A stretch of DNA of 64,000 nt from Octopus bimaculoides (taxonomy: Eukaryota): assembly GCF_001194135.2 (NCBI RefSeq), contig NC_068981.1, positions 70,361,831 to 70,425,830 of the forward strand, read 5' to 3'. The stretch's first letter is position 1, and each line of letters starts with the position of its first letter. The notes beneath the pieces are model-generated. The model was given only the letters and a program-made list of their open reading frames with translations, ran no database searches and was not told the origin of the DNA. Position numbers and translations under genes: made by a program. Below are positions 37,617 through 50,139 of this stretch, one piece after another.

Positions 37617-38934
37617 TTAATCAACCGTTTTTATCGTTAAGAATGCGTCCTTTCATAAATTTTGATTGTTTAGCGTTAGAGCACCTACTGCGAAAATTAT
37701 AGGTATTGAAGAGTTTCCCGTTCGAACTTTGACATAGAAAGGCCATAGTAGTACATGCTATTGTTGACAAATTTGAAGGTGGGAGGCATTATAAGTCAAT
37801 GTATTTTACAACATAAATAAGGTTTACTAAATAGTGATAAAGCCAAGCTTTAACGGCAGAGAATCAATGGAATTTCAGGACATTATCCGGAAAACATATC
37901 GTTGTAGAGAGGCAGATTCGGTAGCTGGAGGAATGCTCTAGAACAAGGCTGGAACAAAATCGGGAGGAAAGTTGTGACTTTCACTTCAGAAATGAATTGT
38001 TAGAAAGCTGTACCTGAAAAGAGGAAAGCAAAGTTGCATACTCACTGTGATAAATTGACGTTACAGAATTGTCTTACGCATACACATATACGTACACACA
38101 TTTATGCGTGTACGTCTGTTTATGTGTTTGTGCTTGTAAATAACAAACAAAGCAACATCAATACGTTATGAATATTATAACTATCATTATAATTGTATTA
38201 ATTCGGTTGTAGCTGTATAGCGTTACTTAAATTTCGCATTAGCAGGCACGTTTAGATGTTAGCATGATATATTTGTTATACCTTAAAAGTTAAGTAACTG
38301 CATATGGCTTCAGCTGCACACACAATCAAACACAATTATATACATTCGGATATACATGTGTCTATACATATGCATACACATATATGTATGAATGTATACA
38401 CATAATCACGTATATATGACATCATATGTGCTAAGATTACTGATATATGGTATTACAAATGCGTAATAGAGCATTCCAAAAAATAATTAGAGATAAGTTA
38501 AATGTAGTTATAATATAACCACTCATTTTTGTATTCTTTCGGCATCTGCTATCATCTTAAAAATACTTTATAATATTAAATTAATAGGATTATATGTATT
38601 CTAAATAACATTTTTATACTTTCATAATATATTAAGAAAATCTTTTTTTGCGCAGCTATTTTTTTTTATATCAGAAACAACATACCAATATATATCAATA
38701 TGAGAAAACACATGAATTATTAGAATTGTAATTAGCTACAGAATAGAGATTCATTGTGCATTATATTTTAACAAACAAGCATATGTACACATCGCATTGT
38801 ACACCTTCACAAACACGTGCAGATGACAAAGCCTTATATACTAAAACAGATATGAACACTCACATACACACGTGTGCTTGTTTGTATCAGTTTGATCCTT
38901 ATTCTGTGAGCAGTGTATCTTCAACGTAATTGTG

Positions 38935-38975
<41 letters not shown>

Positions 38976-40025
38976 NNNNNNNNNNNNNNNNNNNNNNNNN
39001 NNNNNNNNNNNNNNNNNNNNNNNNNNNNNNNNNNNNNNNNNNNNNNNNNNNNNNNNNNNNNNNNNNNNNNNNNNNNNNNNNNNNNNNNNNNNNNNNNNNN
39101 NNNNNNNNNNNNNNNNNNNNNNNNNNNNNNNNNNNNNNNNNNNNNNNNNNNNNNNNNNNNNNNNNNNNNNNNNNNNNNNNNNNNNNNNNNNNNNNNNNNN
39201 NNNNNNNNNNNNNNNNNNNNNNNNNNNNNNNNNNNNNNNNNNNNNNNNNNNNNNNNNNNNNNNNNNNNNNNNNNNNNNNNNNNNNNNNNNNNNNNNNNNN
39301 NNNNNNNNNNNNNNNNNNNNNNNNNNNNNNNNNNNNNNNNNNNNNNNNTATATATATATATATATATATATATATCGTATATTGCATGTGTGTATGTGTA
39401 TGTATATGTATATACATATACATACGTTCATTACATACTTTCTGTATAGCTGCATACATACATATATACATGCATGCATACATACAGACATACATATCTT
39501 GATATATTTCAATATTTTAGGCTATTATACCATGCGTAATTAACTTCTCTACAGAAACAAACATCATAACACTTTGTTCCCAATTGTTTTCAATTTGATA
39601 TCTTTTGTATATTTCATATGCGTATATGCGAAACTCCAGAAAAACATTCTGTTGAATAGAATCTTTAATCGTTTAGAATAAATTGCTGCAAGAAATTTAA
39701 GTATCATGCAAAATCATTTGTATTTAATCATATATGTGGGTGTTGAGATGTACATCTATTCTTTCTTTGTAAAAGTCTCAGAACTCTTGAAATTAACCAG
39801 ATCAACAACAGTCTCTTCTGCTAACGGGCAGCTAGAAATATTCTGTGGTGCAGCCAGTTTATTCAGCGAGAATAAACTGTATAAATACCTTGCTTTATAC
39901 TTCATAAGCACAAAACATTCTATAGTGTATTAATCAAAACACACACACACACACGCACACACACACGCACACACACACACACACGCACACACACACGCAC
40001 ACACACACACACGCATACACACACG

Positions 40026-40059
<34 letters not shown>

Positions 40060-40194
40060 CAAAGATTGATAGACATATATGCACACATATACACACAGAC
40101 GCGCTCACATACAGATATATTGAAGCACATATTTATGCTTGTTTTTGTTAGCTTGTTTGTGAAGGCATTCGTGCATGCACATGGGTGAGGACGT

Positions 40195-40246
<52 letters not shown>

Positions 40247-41248
40247 TATGTGAGCTAATGAGCCCAGCAGTAGACGGACAGAAAAGAAATTAAGAACAGC
40301 TATCAAAGTACTGTTTTCTGCCATTGATTGGAACTGACGTGTGCTCAATCATGTTGGACTGATGACAAAGTAGCGCTCTGCATGACCTGAGTATGGAAAT
40401 AAAGCCAATAACTATATACAAATGGAATGTTGCATTAATCCATGTAGAGTATAGGCAAATACAATTGAGGCTTTCAACATTCCTTTCATTCTGTCGTGAC
40501 TGACTAAATTCGGTCAAATTTATGCTTCTTACATCTGAAAATGTAACTGAAGTATCGAGTGAAAATAATAGAAACTATACTTGCTTCGAAGCAGATAAAA
40601 AAAATATTAAAGGAAAAATGAATGTGATCGTGGACGACAATCGGAGAGAGTGAATGAAAATATGTTCAAGATATATCACCCTTATACGATTTTTAGTGCC
40701 CGTGGAAAAACAATTATGTTTGTTATTTTTCCCAGAGTTTTGTGTTCATATACTTGACTATCTTTGCTACTTGTTAAACTCGAGTTTAGGATTATTTAAA
40801 CAATGCCATTATATTGTTAATCAGTGTTTTGCTGCATTGTTATCCTTAAGGAATGAATATTCACTTGTAGCGCTTTCATTAGTTTACACTTACAGACAAT
40901 ACGCTAACTCGACATTCATTTCTTTTCTACACTGCTTATGATTAAACTAATAAAAGCCGTATAACCGAGTTATATAAATACTAGCTGTAGAACGTTAAGG
41001 TGCATGTTTAATAGACATATTGAATTGCTGTGACTGTATATTTAATAGATTGATTGCTGTGAGTATATAGATATATATAAATATATANNNNNNNNNNNNN
41101 NNNNNNNNNNNNNNNNNNNNNNNNNNNNNNNNNNNNNNNNNNNNNNNNNNNNNNNNNNNNNNNNNNNNNNNNNNNNNNNNNNNNNNNNNNNNNNNNNNNN
41201 NNNNNNNNNNNNNNNNNNNNNNNNNNNNNNNNNNNNNNNNNNNNNNNN

Positions 41249-41280
<32 letters not shown>

Positions 41281-42219
41281 ATAGACTAACTGAATTACTG
41301 TGAGTAGATAGATAAAACCTAACAATAACCATGTTAATGATATTACATAAGGTCAGATATTATCGATTAAAGCTAAAATCAAAGCTCACATTTTACCGTT
41401 TTCAGGTATAACTTTATTTAGTAATACAATATTAAATATGGCCTTCCTTTCTTAAAACATTCGGACATGATTTGGGAGAGACTTAGCTAATATTTCTGGC
41501 AAAAATGGCTCTGAAACATTTTGTTCTGTGGTCTGCCCGGCAGGTGTCACAGGGCACCACAGCCTGGACCCGGTCGTCATCCCTCAGCTGTGAGCAAATT
41601 TAGGGTTAGATGCAAGCCTATGAATATAGGATGTTGGAATGCTCGGACGTTATTAGACAATGATTGTCTGAAATCTTGTCTGGAGAGAAGATCTGCGCTT
41701 GTTGCAAAAGAGTTACAACGATATGATATGGATGTTGTAGCGTTAGCCGAAACACGAATTCATGGAAAGGACAATGTCGTAGGGAAATCTCCTGAGTATC
41801 ATTTATTTTGGAGCGGTAGAGAGGAGATTTATAAGAAAGAATCAGGAGTGGGATACGGTATCAAAATTAATCTGGTTTCAAAATTTGAGGAACTAACATG
41901 TGGTCATTGTGATCGTTTGATGTCTTTAAGACTTCCATTAAGAATAGGTCGCTATGCAACACTCATAAGTGCATATTCTCCAACTATGAATTCATCAGAA
42001 GATGATAAAATTGCATTCTATCTATCACTTACAAAGATTATACGAAGTATACACCATGATGACAAAGTTGTCATTTTAGGTGATTTCAATGTTCACGTTG
42101 GTGCAGATTGGGAGACTTGGGGTGTATTAGGAAAGCATGGGGTTGGGAGTTCCAACAGTAATAGCTTACTACTGTCACAAATGTATGTAGAGCTGGATTT
42201 GTGTGTCATGAATACAATG

Positions 42220-42530
42220 CAGTTCTATATTTAAGAGATGAAGAATTTACATTATTTACATTTGACGGATATTTGTTCTCATCTTGTTTGTTGTTAACAC
42301 AACGTTTCGATTGATATACCCTTCAGTCTTCAACAGGTGTCTTGGGGAAATTTCGAACCTGGTTTCTCATTCCTAAAGTATAACATTGAAAAATACCTTG
42401 GGAATGAGTACCCAGGTTCGAAATTTCCCCAAGACACCTGATGAAGGCTGGAGGGTATATCAATCGAAACGTTGTGTTAACAACAAACAAGATGACGACA
42501 AATATCCGTCAAATGTAAATAATGTAAGTA
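42220..42530. mobile_element. Fold-back insertion with Penelope-type terminal-repeat sequence and a 12-bp TSD
   Basis: Inverted arms 42247-42380 and 42394-42527. ATGAATACAATG is duplicated at 42208-42219 and 42531-42542, and removing the insert restores the LINE frame VMNTMFHLKNNYK. Confidence 0.85.
42433..42478 (+). ncRNA. Putative minimal type-I hammerhead ribozyme (Penelope-like-element type)
   Basis: GACAC-CUGAUGA-A-GGCUG(10 nt)CAAUC-GAAA-CGU-U-GUGUU: intact core boxes, stem I GACAC/GUGUU, palindromic loop-less stem III. Stem II carries a G-U pair and a C-A mismatch. Confidence 0.6.
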
Positions 42531-43685
42531 ATGAATACAATGTTTCATCTAAAGAATAATTATAAAACGACATGAATGCACCCGGATTCTAAGAAATGGC
42601 ATCTTATAGATTACATCCTCACCAGGAAACGAGATGCTAAGGACTTTGCTATGGTACGAGTGATCCGTGGTACAGAGTGCTGGACTGAGTATCGGCTGTT
42701 GCGTGCCAAGGTGATTTTTGTTGTCAAGCCTAAGGTTAGAGCAAATAATGTCAACTTACCTAAACGGATTGATGTCAATAAACTTAATATTCCATCAGTA
42801 CGCAGTGAGTTTGTGAGTGAGATAAATAATTTGTCCTGTGATGGAAGTTTGAAGCCATTCAAAGAAAGAGTATACGAGGTTTGTAGCAACATTCATGGCT
42901 TTGTTGTAAAAAAAACAAGATTGGTTTGACGATAATGAGGTCGCAGTTAGTCTTATCTTAGAGGAAAAGCGAAAGGTATTTAACATGTTGCAAAATGTTG
43001 ACATGTCAGTGAACAGGACAGTGGCTACATATTTGCAGGCAGTGGAAGCAACAGTGCAGAGGAAGCTACGGATGATGCAGGAAAATTGGTGGATTGATAG
43101 ATGCGATGAAATCCAAGAAGCTTCAAATGCTAACGATTACAAACTTGTTTATTCTCCCTTGGAAACTGTTTATGCACCAGTTTCATCAAAGGTTGCGACG
43201 CTTCGGAGCAAGGATGGACCAGAATTGTTGTTGGGAGATAGAAAGAACATTTTGATGAGTTGCTCAATAGATCCACTGAAGTAGACCTCTCTTTTCCTGA
43301 TAATATATCCGAGAGACCAATAAAACATCTTATAGCAGAAGTTCCACACCTGGCTGAAATAAAAACAGCAATCAGGAAATTGAACAATGTAAAGGCCCCT
43401 GGTATGGATGCATTAGATACAGATATATAAATATGGTAGTGATCATCTCTGTACAATGTTGACGGATGTGATTCAGAGGGTTTAACATAGTGGAGAGTTT
43501 CCTCCCGATTGGCATGATGCAACTATGGAGATACTATATAAATTTCAAAGTTGGAAAGGTAGTCTGTGATAATTATTGCGGCATCTGTATGTTAGCTGTT
43601 CCTGGAATGGTCTTTTGTTGGATAATGCTGGACATACTGTTTCTGCGCATTTCTGATGAGGCTCTACTAGAAATCTGTGGGCGTG

Positions 43686-43843
43686 GAATTGTTACATCGA
43701 ACCCAGTGCTTCACCGGTACTTAATTTATCGACCCCGAATTGATGAAAATCTGACTTCGGTGAAATTTGAATTAAGAACGTCGCGACGGGCGAAAGAACG
43801 CTAAACATTTCGTCCAGCGCGCTAACGGTTCTGCCAGCTCGCT
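43686..43843 (-). mobile_element. SINE family 2, well preserved; a second decayed copy follows at ~43905-44060
   Basis: Reverse complement reads GCGAGCTGGCAGAACCGTTAGCGCGCTGGACGAAATG...GTCGATAAATTAAGTACCGG. Confidence 0.8.
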
Positions 43844-45611
43844 ACATTAATAACAGTAATAATGATAATAATAACAATTTGTTCGACAACATTTTTTCTA
43901 CTCGAAGCAAAAGGCCAGGAATTTGGGGAGGATGAATTTAGTCAATTATATCGACTTCAGTGCTTGACTGATTCTTTGTTTATAGTCCACGAAAAGACGA
44001 ATGCTAAACTCAACCTCAGTGGCATTTGAAATGAGGACATAAAGAACAGGTATAGATGCCACGGTATGCGTGGTAATGTTTCTGTTATTTCGCTGCTTTA
44101 GAACATTATGATTTAACGTTTAAGTTAAAGAAACAGTCTACCATACTTCTTATCATCGTTTTACTTTAATTTTTTTTTTTTTTGTAGTCTCACACTTGAG
44201 GAAATCTCGAATATTAATAGGTGACCCAATTGTGATATGACTACTGAAACATTTCTATCGAAATTGTTGCACTGTCTTTCTCACTCAGCCACTCCGGATT
44301 GTTTTAATAATTCATGAGAGAATGACACATTTTAAATTTTCTTTTATAGCCTCGAACACTGATTAAACATCTATGACAAGACAGTATTGATGTTTCACAG
44401 AAGATCAAGCACAAACACACATTCACACAACAAGTAGCATACACTCACACATAGACACGGGTGCCCACATGCGCACAAACACATACACATTAATATTTAT
44501 GCATAAGTAGATCTATACATATAAACCCACAAATGTATGGATACAAAGAGTTACATACTGACATTTCGATATATTCATATGCCAAGTTTATAGATTTTCA
44601 TCAAATTATAATAGTTGTCACTCTCACTACTACTGAATAAAATCATAGATAAAACAACACATATGTTATTGAAAACACTGTTACCATCGAATTGTAAAAT
44701 TTGTTCATTCAAATGTTCAATTATCCATATCTCACACTCTAACAGCGCACAATAAAATGTCTCGCTTGGATGAGGGCTCTCTATGATGCCGAAAAGCTTA
44801 GGCTGTCCGTCCTTCAAATTTCTCTACGGTATAATATTTCATAGCCTTCTCCACAAATCAGACAATTTGTTCGAAATATAAAACATTGCACAATCATTTA
44901 ATAAAAAGGCAAAAAGTAATTCATATAATGCTCTCGACTATCCTTATATACATGCAAACAAACTTGAATATACGTAGATGCATACATACACACACTCACA
45001 CATACATACATACATACATACATACGTACATACATGCATTTATGCATGCATACATACATACATAGATACATACATACATTTATACATACTTACATACACA
45101 CATAAATACATACATACATACAAACATACATATATGTACGTATGACCAAAAGAGCTAGGCTCAAATTGTTTACAAAACTGTAAATCAGTCGGTACTAATA
45201 ATAAATTATAACTGATATAGTAATGGAATTGAGCCAAATAGAAGTGTTCGTATTTGATGGTTGAACATGTAGAATTAGTCGCCCAAACCCAGAACTTGTG
45301 CCTCCGCGGCATTTCTATATCTCCTGTTCTACAGAAATAATGCTATAAATACCAAGGGCTTATTGAAAATATATACGAAGGTGCAGTGAGAAAAGGTACT
45401 GTGCTTCCAAAATATAATCAAACTTACAAATGTATGGTGGCCGGAGCTCTCTTTTTACAGCAAGACAATATCCTGCAATACATTTGCAGTACCTCTACAG
45501 ATACTTGGCTGGTCTGTAGAGGGAATTCAGGAAAAAAAAAACCCACTAAAATCTACACGGCGGTCTCGACATCAACTGTAACCTTCCATAGACACTGATA
45601 TCGACAGGTTG

Positions 45612-45853
45612 TCTTTTGCCGAACCGCTAAGTTACAGGGACGTAAACACAGACAAACACAGACACACAAACTTATACACACACACATACACACACACATA
45701 TATATACATATATACGACGGGCATCTTTCAGCTTCCGTCTATCAAATCCACTCAAAAGGCTTTGGTTGGCTCGAGGCTATAGTAGAAGACACTTGTCCAA
45801 GGTGCCACGCAGTGGGACTGAACCCGGAACCATGTGGTTCGTGAGCAATCTAC
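45612..45853 (-). mobile_element. SINE family 1, truncated copy
   Basis: Colinear with 24552-24845 (GCCGAACCGCTAAGTTAC..., CCAAGGTGCCACGC..GAACCCGGAACCATGTGG). Confidence 0.85.
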
Positions 45854-46885
45854 AGGCATACTTCTTAATGCAATTACAACTACTGTGATACATTTTACCA
45901 GCACTTTCCATAGTCTCTCTAATTCAATGGCTAGGTCCTGGTATTTTGCTATTTTTTTTATATACGTCGCATATTAATATTTTCATCATTTGGGATTGTA
46001 AAGTCAATTATCTGGCACTTTCTATTCTCTTTGTCTACTACTACTAAAGCTGGCGTTCTAGCTTGTAGTATTCTGTTAGTCTGAATGTTAAAGTCCCACA
46101 ACATCTTTTATTTCTAACTCTCTAGTATTTACTAGGTTCATGTCCATACCATTTATCAGTATTATCAAATCCTAGGTTTCTACATAACTTCCAATGGATT
46201 ACTCTCCCAAGGTTCTCATGTATTTTCTTGTACTCTTTCTGTGTCAGCATACTACATTCACTTACTATATGAATATCAAATTGCTCTTTTGCTTTTCATA
46301 ATCTACATTGGTAATCTACTTGGTTTTTGTAAGTCTTGGTTTTTATCTAATTAGTTCTTAATGCTTGATTTTATGCTGCTACCGACAAACTTTGTGTCTT
46401 CCTATTCAGCCTTCCTTTCTGCAAACATAACCATGTGTCACTACTGCTACTTGCTATAATTATCTTTCTGGTTTTTCAGTTCGTTTTATTTTTATTTTGT
46501 TTAGTTTCTCTGTTTTGCTGTGAATCTTGCAGCTTTTGATAAACTTTCTTCATTATTACCTACATAGGAGTCTATATCTATTGTAGCTAACTTCACGCAG
46601 TCTTCTACTGATATTAACCCCCCTCCACCTTCCTTTCTATGGGAGTATAATCCTGATAGTCCTCCTTTTGGGTGGATTCCTCCATTCATACTGAATTCCT
46701 TCGTAGTTCATCTTTCTAGCTTTGCTAATTCAGTTTTTGTCCAATCCTCAAAAGCTGCTGAGTATCTAAGTAATCATACTGCCCAAGTATTTACAACCTT
46801 CACTAGATTCTGACCAGTTAGCTTTGATTTCATTAGCTTCCTTAACCTTCGAATGTACTCCTCCTCAATTTTCCTTTTCATTTCT
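45854..46885 (-). mobile_element. R4/Dong-type LINE fragment A (RT C-terminus to RLE)
   Basis: EEYIRRLRKLMKSKL, NTWA, LYSHRKEGGGGLISVEDC and KYQDLAIELERLW. Confidence 0.8.
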
Positions 46886-46931
46886 ATAGTTAGTACTATT
46901 ATTATTATTAGTTCTTTATTATTATTAGTAG

Positions 46932-46972
<41 letters not shown>

Positions 46973-46973
46973 T

Positions 46974-48004
46974 TCAGTAGTCTTATTTTTATAACGTGGT
47001 TTCACTGCGCTACCGAGCGCAGCTCTCTGGGCCTTAGGTATGCGCTGTGGTTTGCTGTGATGCTCTTATGGTTACTGTATTGAAAGTGTTTTACGTAGGA
47101 TGTGTGAAGTGCCTAGTAGTGCTACTTTGTGCATGTTATATATATTTGTTAGTCCTGGTATTTTTGTTATGAATTTGTCTGAATATTTGTTTCATCATAC
47201 CCAATGCGCCCACTATGATAGGAATTGTTTCTGTCTTTAGATTCCACATTCGAGTTACCACTATTTCCACGTAATTGTATTTTGAAAGAGTCTCCATCTT
47301 TTTAGAGAAACGTTGTTATCTGTTGGTATTGATACATCAATTAGAAAGCATTTTTTTCCTTCATGATCTCTGACAACTATATCTGGCCTATTGACCTTAA
47401 GTTCTCTATCTGTGTGTATTGGTTGCTTTCTCGTTTTCTGTGACCTTTTCTGACGTGTGCCTATACCATCTTTTTTCTGTTGTTATTCCATAGTGTTGGC
47501 ATAGCTTCCAGCGTATGTAGGTCCCAACTCTGTTGTGTCTCTGAATATATACCTTCTTAGCCAGGACTGGGCAACCAGAGACAATATGATTTATTGTTTC
47601 TTGTCCATCTGTACATATTCTGTAGTTACCTGTTATGTTTCTTTTCATTACATGTCTTTGGTAATTTCTGGTGGTCTTTGGTCTTGTGATACAATTAAAA
47701 ATCCTTCAGTCTCCGCTTTGAGTCCTGAGCTTCTCAGCTATTGCTGGGATTTTGCTTTCTCTATTTCTTTTGCGTTTAGTCTAGCCCAGTATTTGCCCTG
47801 AAGGGGCTTTTCTTGCCATAGTTTTATCATGATCCGTTGCTGTTCTAGCTTTAGTTTGAATTTCAGTTGCTTTACAGTTTTTGTTGTTTCTTCTTTTTCT
47901 TCATTGCTGTTAGGTACTATGAATGCTTGTTTTAATTCATCAGCTTCCTCAAAGACTGAAAACATTTTATTTTATTCCAATTTTGTGGCTATTTTTATTA
48001 GTTT

Positions 48005-48005
<1 letters not shown>
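46974..48005 (-). mobile_element. R4/Dong-type LINE fragment B (CCHC, RLE, 3' UTR) flanked on both sides by (TAA)n
   Basis: ETEGFLIVSQDQ, CTDGQETINHIVSGCPVLAKKVYIQRHN, NRPDI..CFLIDVSIP and PIIVGALG. (ATT)n tracts at ~46890-46973 and 48007-48103. Confidence 0.85.
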
Positions 48006-48074
<69 letters not shown>

Positions 48075-48520
48075 TACTATTACTATTATTATTATTATTA
48101 TTATGGTTGTTATTTTTGTTGCTGCTGTTGCTGTTGTCGTTGCACAATAAGAAATGTGACATAAGATTTATAATAAATGGAAATAGATTCTGTTTATTGA
48201 ATTGAACATTATGTCAACAGTGTAACTGCCTTCTTCGGGAGCAAAATGAAAAATGCAAAATATGCAGAATTACAGAAATTAAAAATTTCACCCAGAATAT
48301 CCTGCGTTCTTTTTTTAGACAAAATAACATTGTTTATTTTCCATAACTGGTAACAAAAACAAAAAAAAAGAGAATGAGAAGAAAGAATAAAACTAGAGAA
48401 AGCGCGATAAAGAACACAGTGAAAAACGTTTCAGCAATTGTGATGGAATTCTCCTGCAATTTTGTTCATTTCTGCAGGTCCTGACGTTAGTAATTCACAA
48501 ATATGTTTATCGTCACTGGT

Positions 48521-48745
48521 TTAAAGGCTAAAAGTGCACTTACAAGTGTTCCTCAAGTTTACAGCTGCTTGATGTAGACTGTTTGGTTTTTTTAAGTTAA
48601 TGTACCTAACGTCATATCTCTGCACATTGAACCTTTTATTAAATTTTCCATTTGTGCAACCAACATGAATCAACTTGATTTTAATACATTCCGCAACGTA
48701 CACCATATAAAAATCCTTACAGGTCCCACCTTCTTTATAAATCAT
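48521..48745 (-). mobile_element. Penelope-like GIY-YIG remnant
   Basis: TCKDFYMVYVAECIKIKLIHVGCTNGKFNKRFNVQRYDV fits TC...VY...C..C...YVG.T....RF..HR.DI. Confidence 0.55.
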
Positions 48746-48804
48746 AACATTTCTGTTACAATTTGTGATGCATTTGACTTAGCTCATGTAGTTGCGCAAT
48801 GAAG

Positions 48805-49800
48805 AGGGCTTACCGCTGTTGCAGCGTTTTTCGTGGTAAAGCGTTCGGAAACACCAATGGAATTTTTATTTGGAACAGAAGGCAAGAAATAGTTTTATTG
48901 CATCTATCTATTACACATGTGGGAAATTCTGTATTTTTTTATCCAATTTTGATGAAACTTGACACACGAGTAGAACTCATGTCTGGAAACCTTATAGTAT
49001 ACTAAGATTGTTGAAAAAATCGATAATACGGACCCTGGAAGGGATCCTTAAATATATCTAATATATTTCATTTTAACACCCAAGATACATAACCAATTCT
49101 CCCAGATTTTAACAGCCAAGGGAAATAACGCATTCATTTTCCTAAATCATTTGGTATAAATCAAATTAAGTATTCTTATTTCTTAGTACTTGAACTGTTA
49201 GAGCTATTTTAGCAATTTATCCGGTACAACTCTTAAACTAGTAAATAGTATTTTCCTAAACAATAGATCCACTTATTTCGGTTAGTGACTTATTCACGAA
49301 TATACCAACACTAGAGCCGCTGAGGGTAATATTCTCTGGGAACGCACAAAGACCCTTTTTAGAGTTATTTACTTTGAATTGTTATTATTTCATATCTGAT
49401 TAGCCTGTTATTGCGTAATATGCTTCACGATTTTAGTATACATAACTTATTGTTATTTCCTCTTAAATTCTATATACTCTGGAAACGCATTAAAGCCTTT
49501 TTCGGGGCTACTTCATTTCAATTCTTACTATCGGGCAACTAATTTCATGTTATTATATAAGTGACTTCACAATTTAGGTATTCATAATTTATTGGGAATT
49601 CTTAAAAAACAAGATCCTGTGTAAGACAGTTTGGTATTCTCTGTAAATGCACAAAAACCGTTTTAAGGGCTACATAATTTGCATAGTTGTTTTGGGGTTA
49701 GCGAAAAAAAATATGAGAACGGAACCAAGGGATAAGCCCCGCTTTCCCTGGAATTACTGGGTACGACACCTAGTAGGATAAAATAAGCGAACGCGGAAAT
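48805..49800 (-). mobile_element. Possible Helentron-derived element with diverged ~150-bp internal repeats
   Basis: Hairpin CGCTG-TTG-CAGCG near 48814, core CCAATTTTGATGAAACTTGACACAC (~48943), and repeat units starting at 49330, 49473 and 49635. Confidence 0.35.
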
Positions 49801-50139
49801 GAGGATTTAACAAAAATATATGTTGGTATCCTTCATGCAATATTTTTGAAATGCTATAAAAATTTCGATGTCAGTTAACCACTGAAGGAATTTGGTCATG
49901 AAATTCACCATGTCTGCTAAAAATTTGGCGTAATATTTGACTCTCGTTGCAAAGTTTAGTTATTCCATTTCGTAATTTCATTTAATCAAAGGTTTCTAAT
50001 AACCCCTATCTCAGGCCAAATCTCTTTTATCTTCAGAAACTGGGATTCCCTGAAGACGTATGTGATTGTTCATGAATTATTATTTTCAGTGACATGTTTG
50101 CTCTGACAGATGTTATATCAGCTCTATATCAAATGAGCC

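Larger units (their letters stand above)
6917..41248. other. Eleven assembly gaps: 6917-6926, 8028-8319, 9250-9779, 14329-14733, 15529-15941, 20678-21468, 27729-28264, 28917-29288, 31728-31737, 38976-39348, 41088-41248
   Basis: N runs, most bordered by (TA)n or (TG)n. Frames and distances across them are unreliable. Confidence 0.99.
41530..43684 (+). mobile_element. RTE-clade LINE: APE endonuclease plus start of RT, interrupted at 42220-42530 and truncated by a SINE
   Basis: NIGCWNARTL, ELQRYDMDVVALAETR, GVGYGI, LISAYSPT, LGDFNVHVG, HPDSKKWHLIDYI, KAPGMD and DNYCGICML. Confidence 0.92.

Noticed and set aside
40654-40941. Hydrophobic 95-aa ORF with LLNSSL, reminiscent of a GPCR TM7
   Set aside because: No NPxxY or other helices, no upstream continuation, and hydrophobic ORFs are expected from T-rich DNA.
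41530-41600. GC-rich 5' end of the RTE LINE as a possible HDV-like ribozyme
   Set aside because: I could find only one wobble-rich stem and could not build the nested double pseudoknot by eye; needs a descriptor search.
47829-48164. Poly-Y/poly-I ORFs, and poly-R/poly-L ORFs at 53846-54320
   Set aside because: Translations of (ATT)n and (GAA)n tracts.
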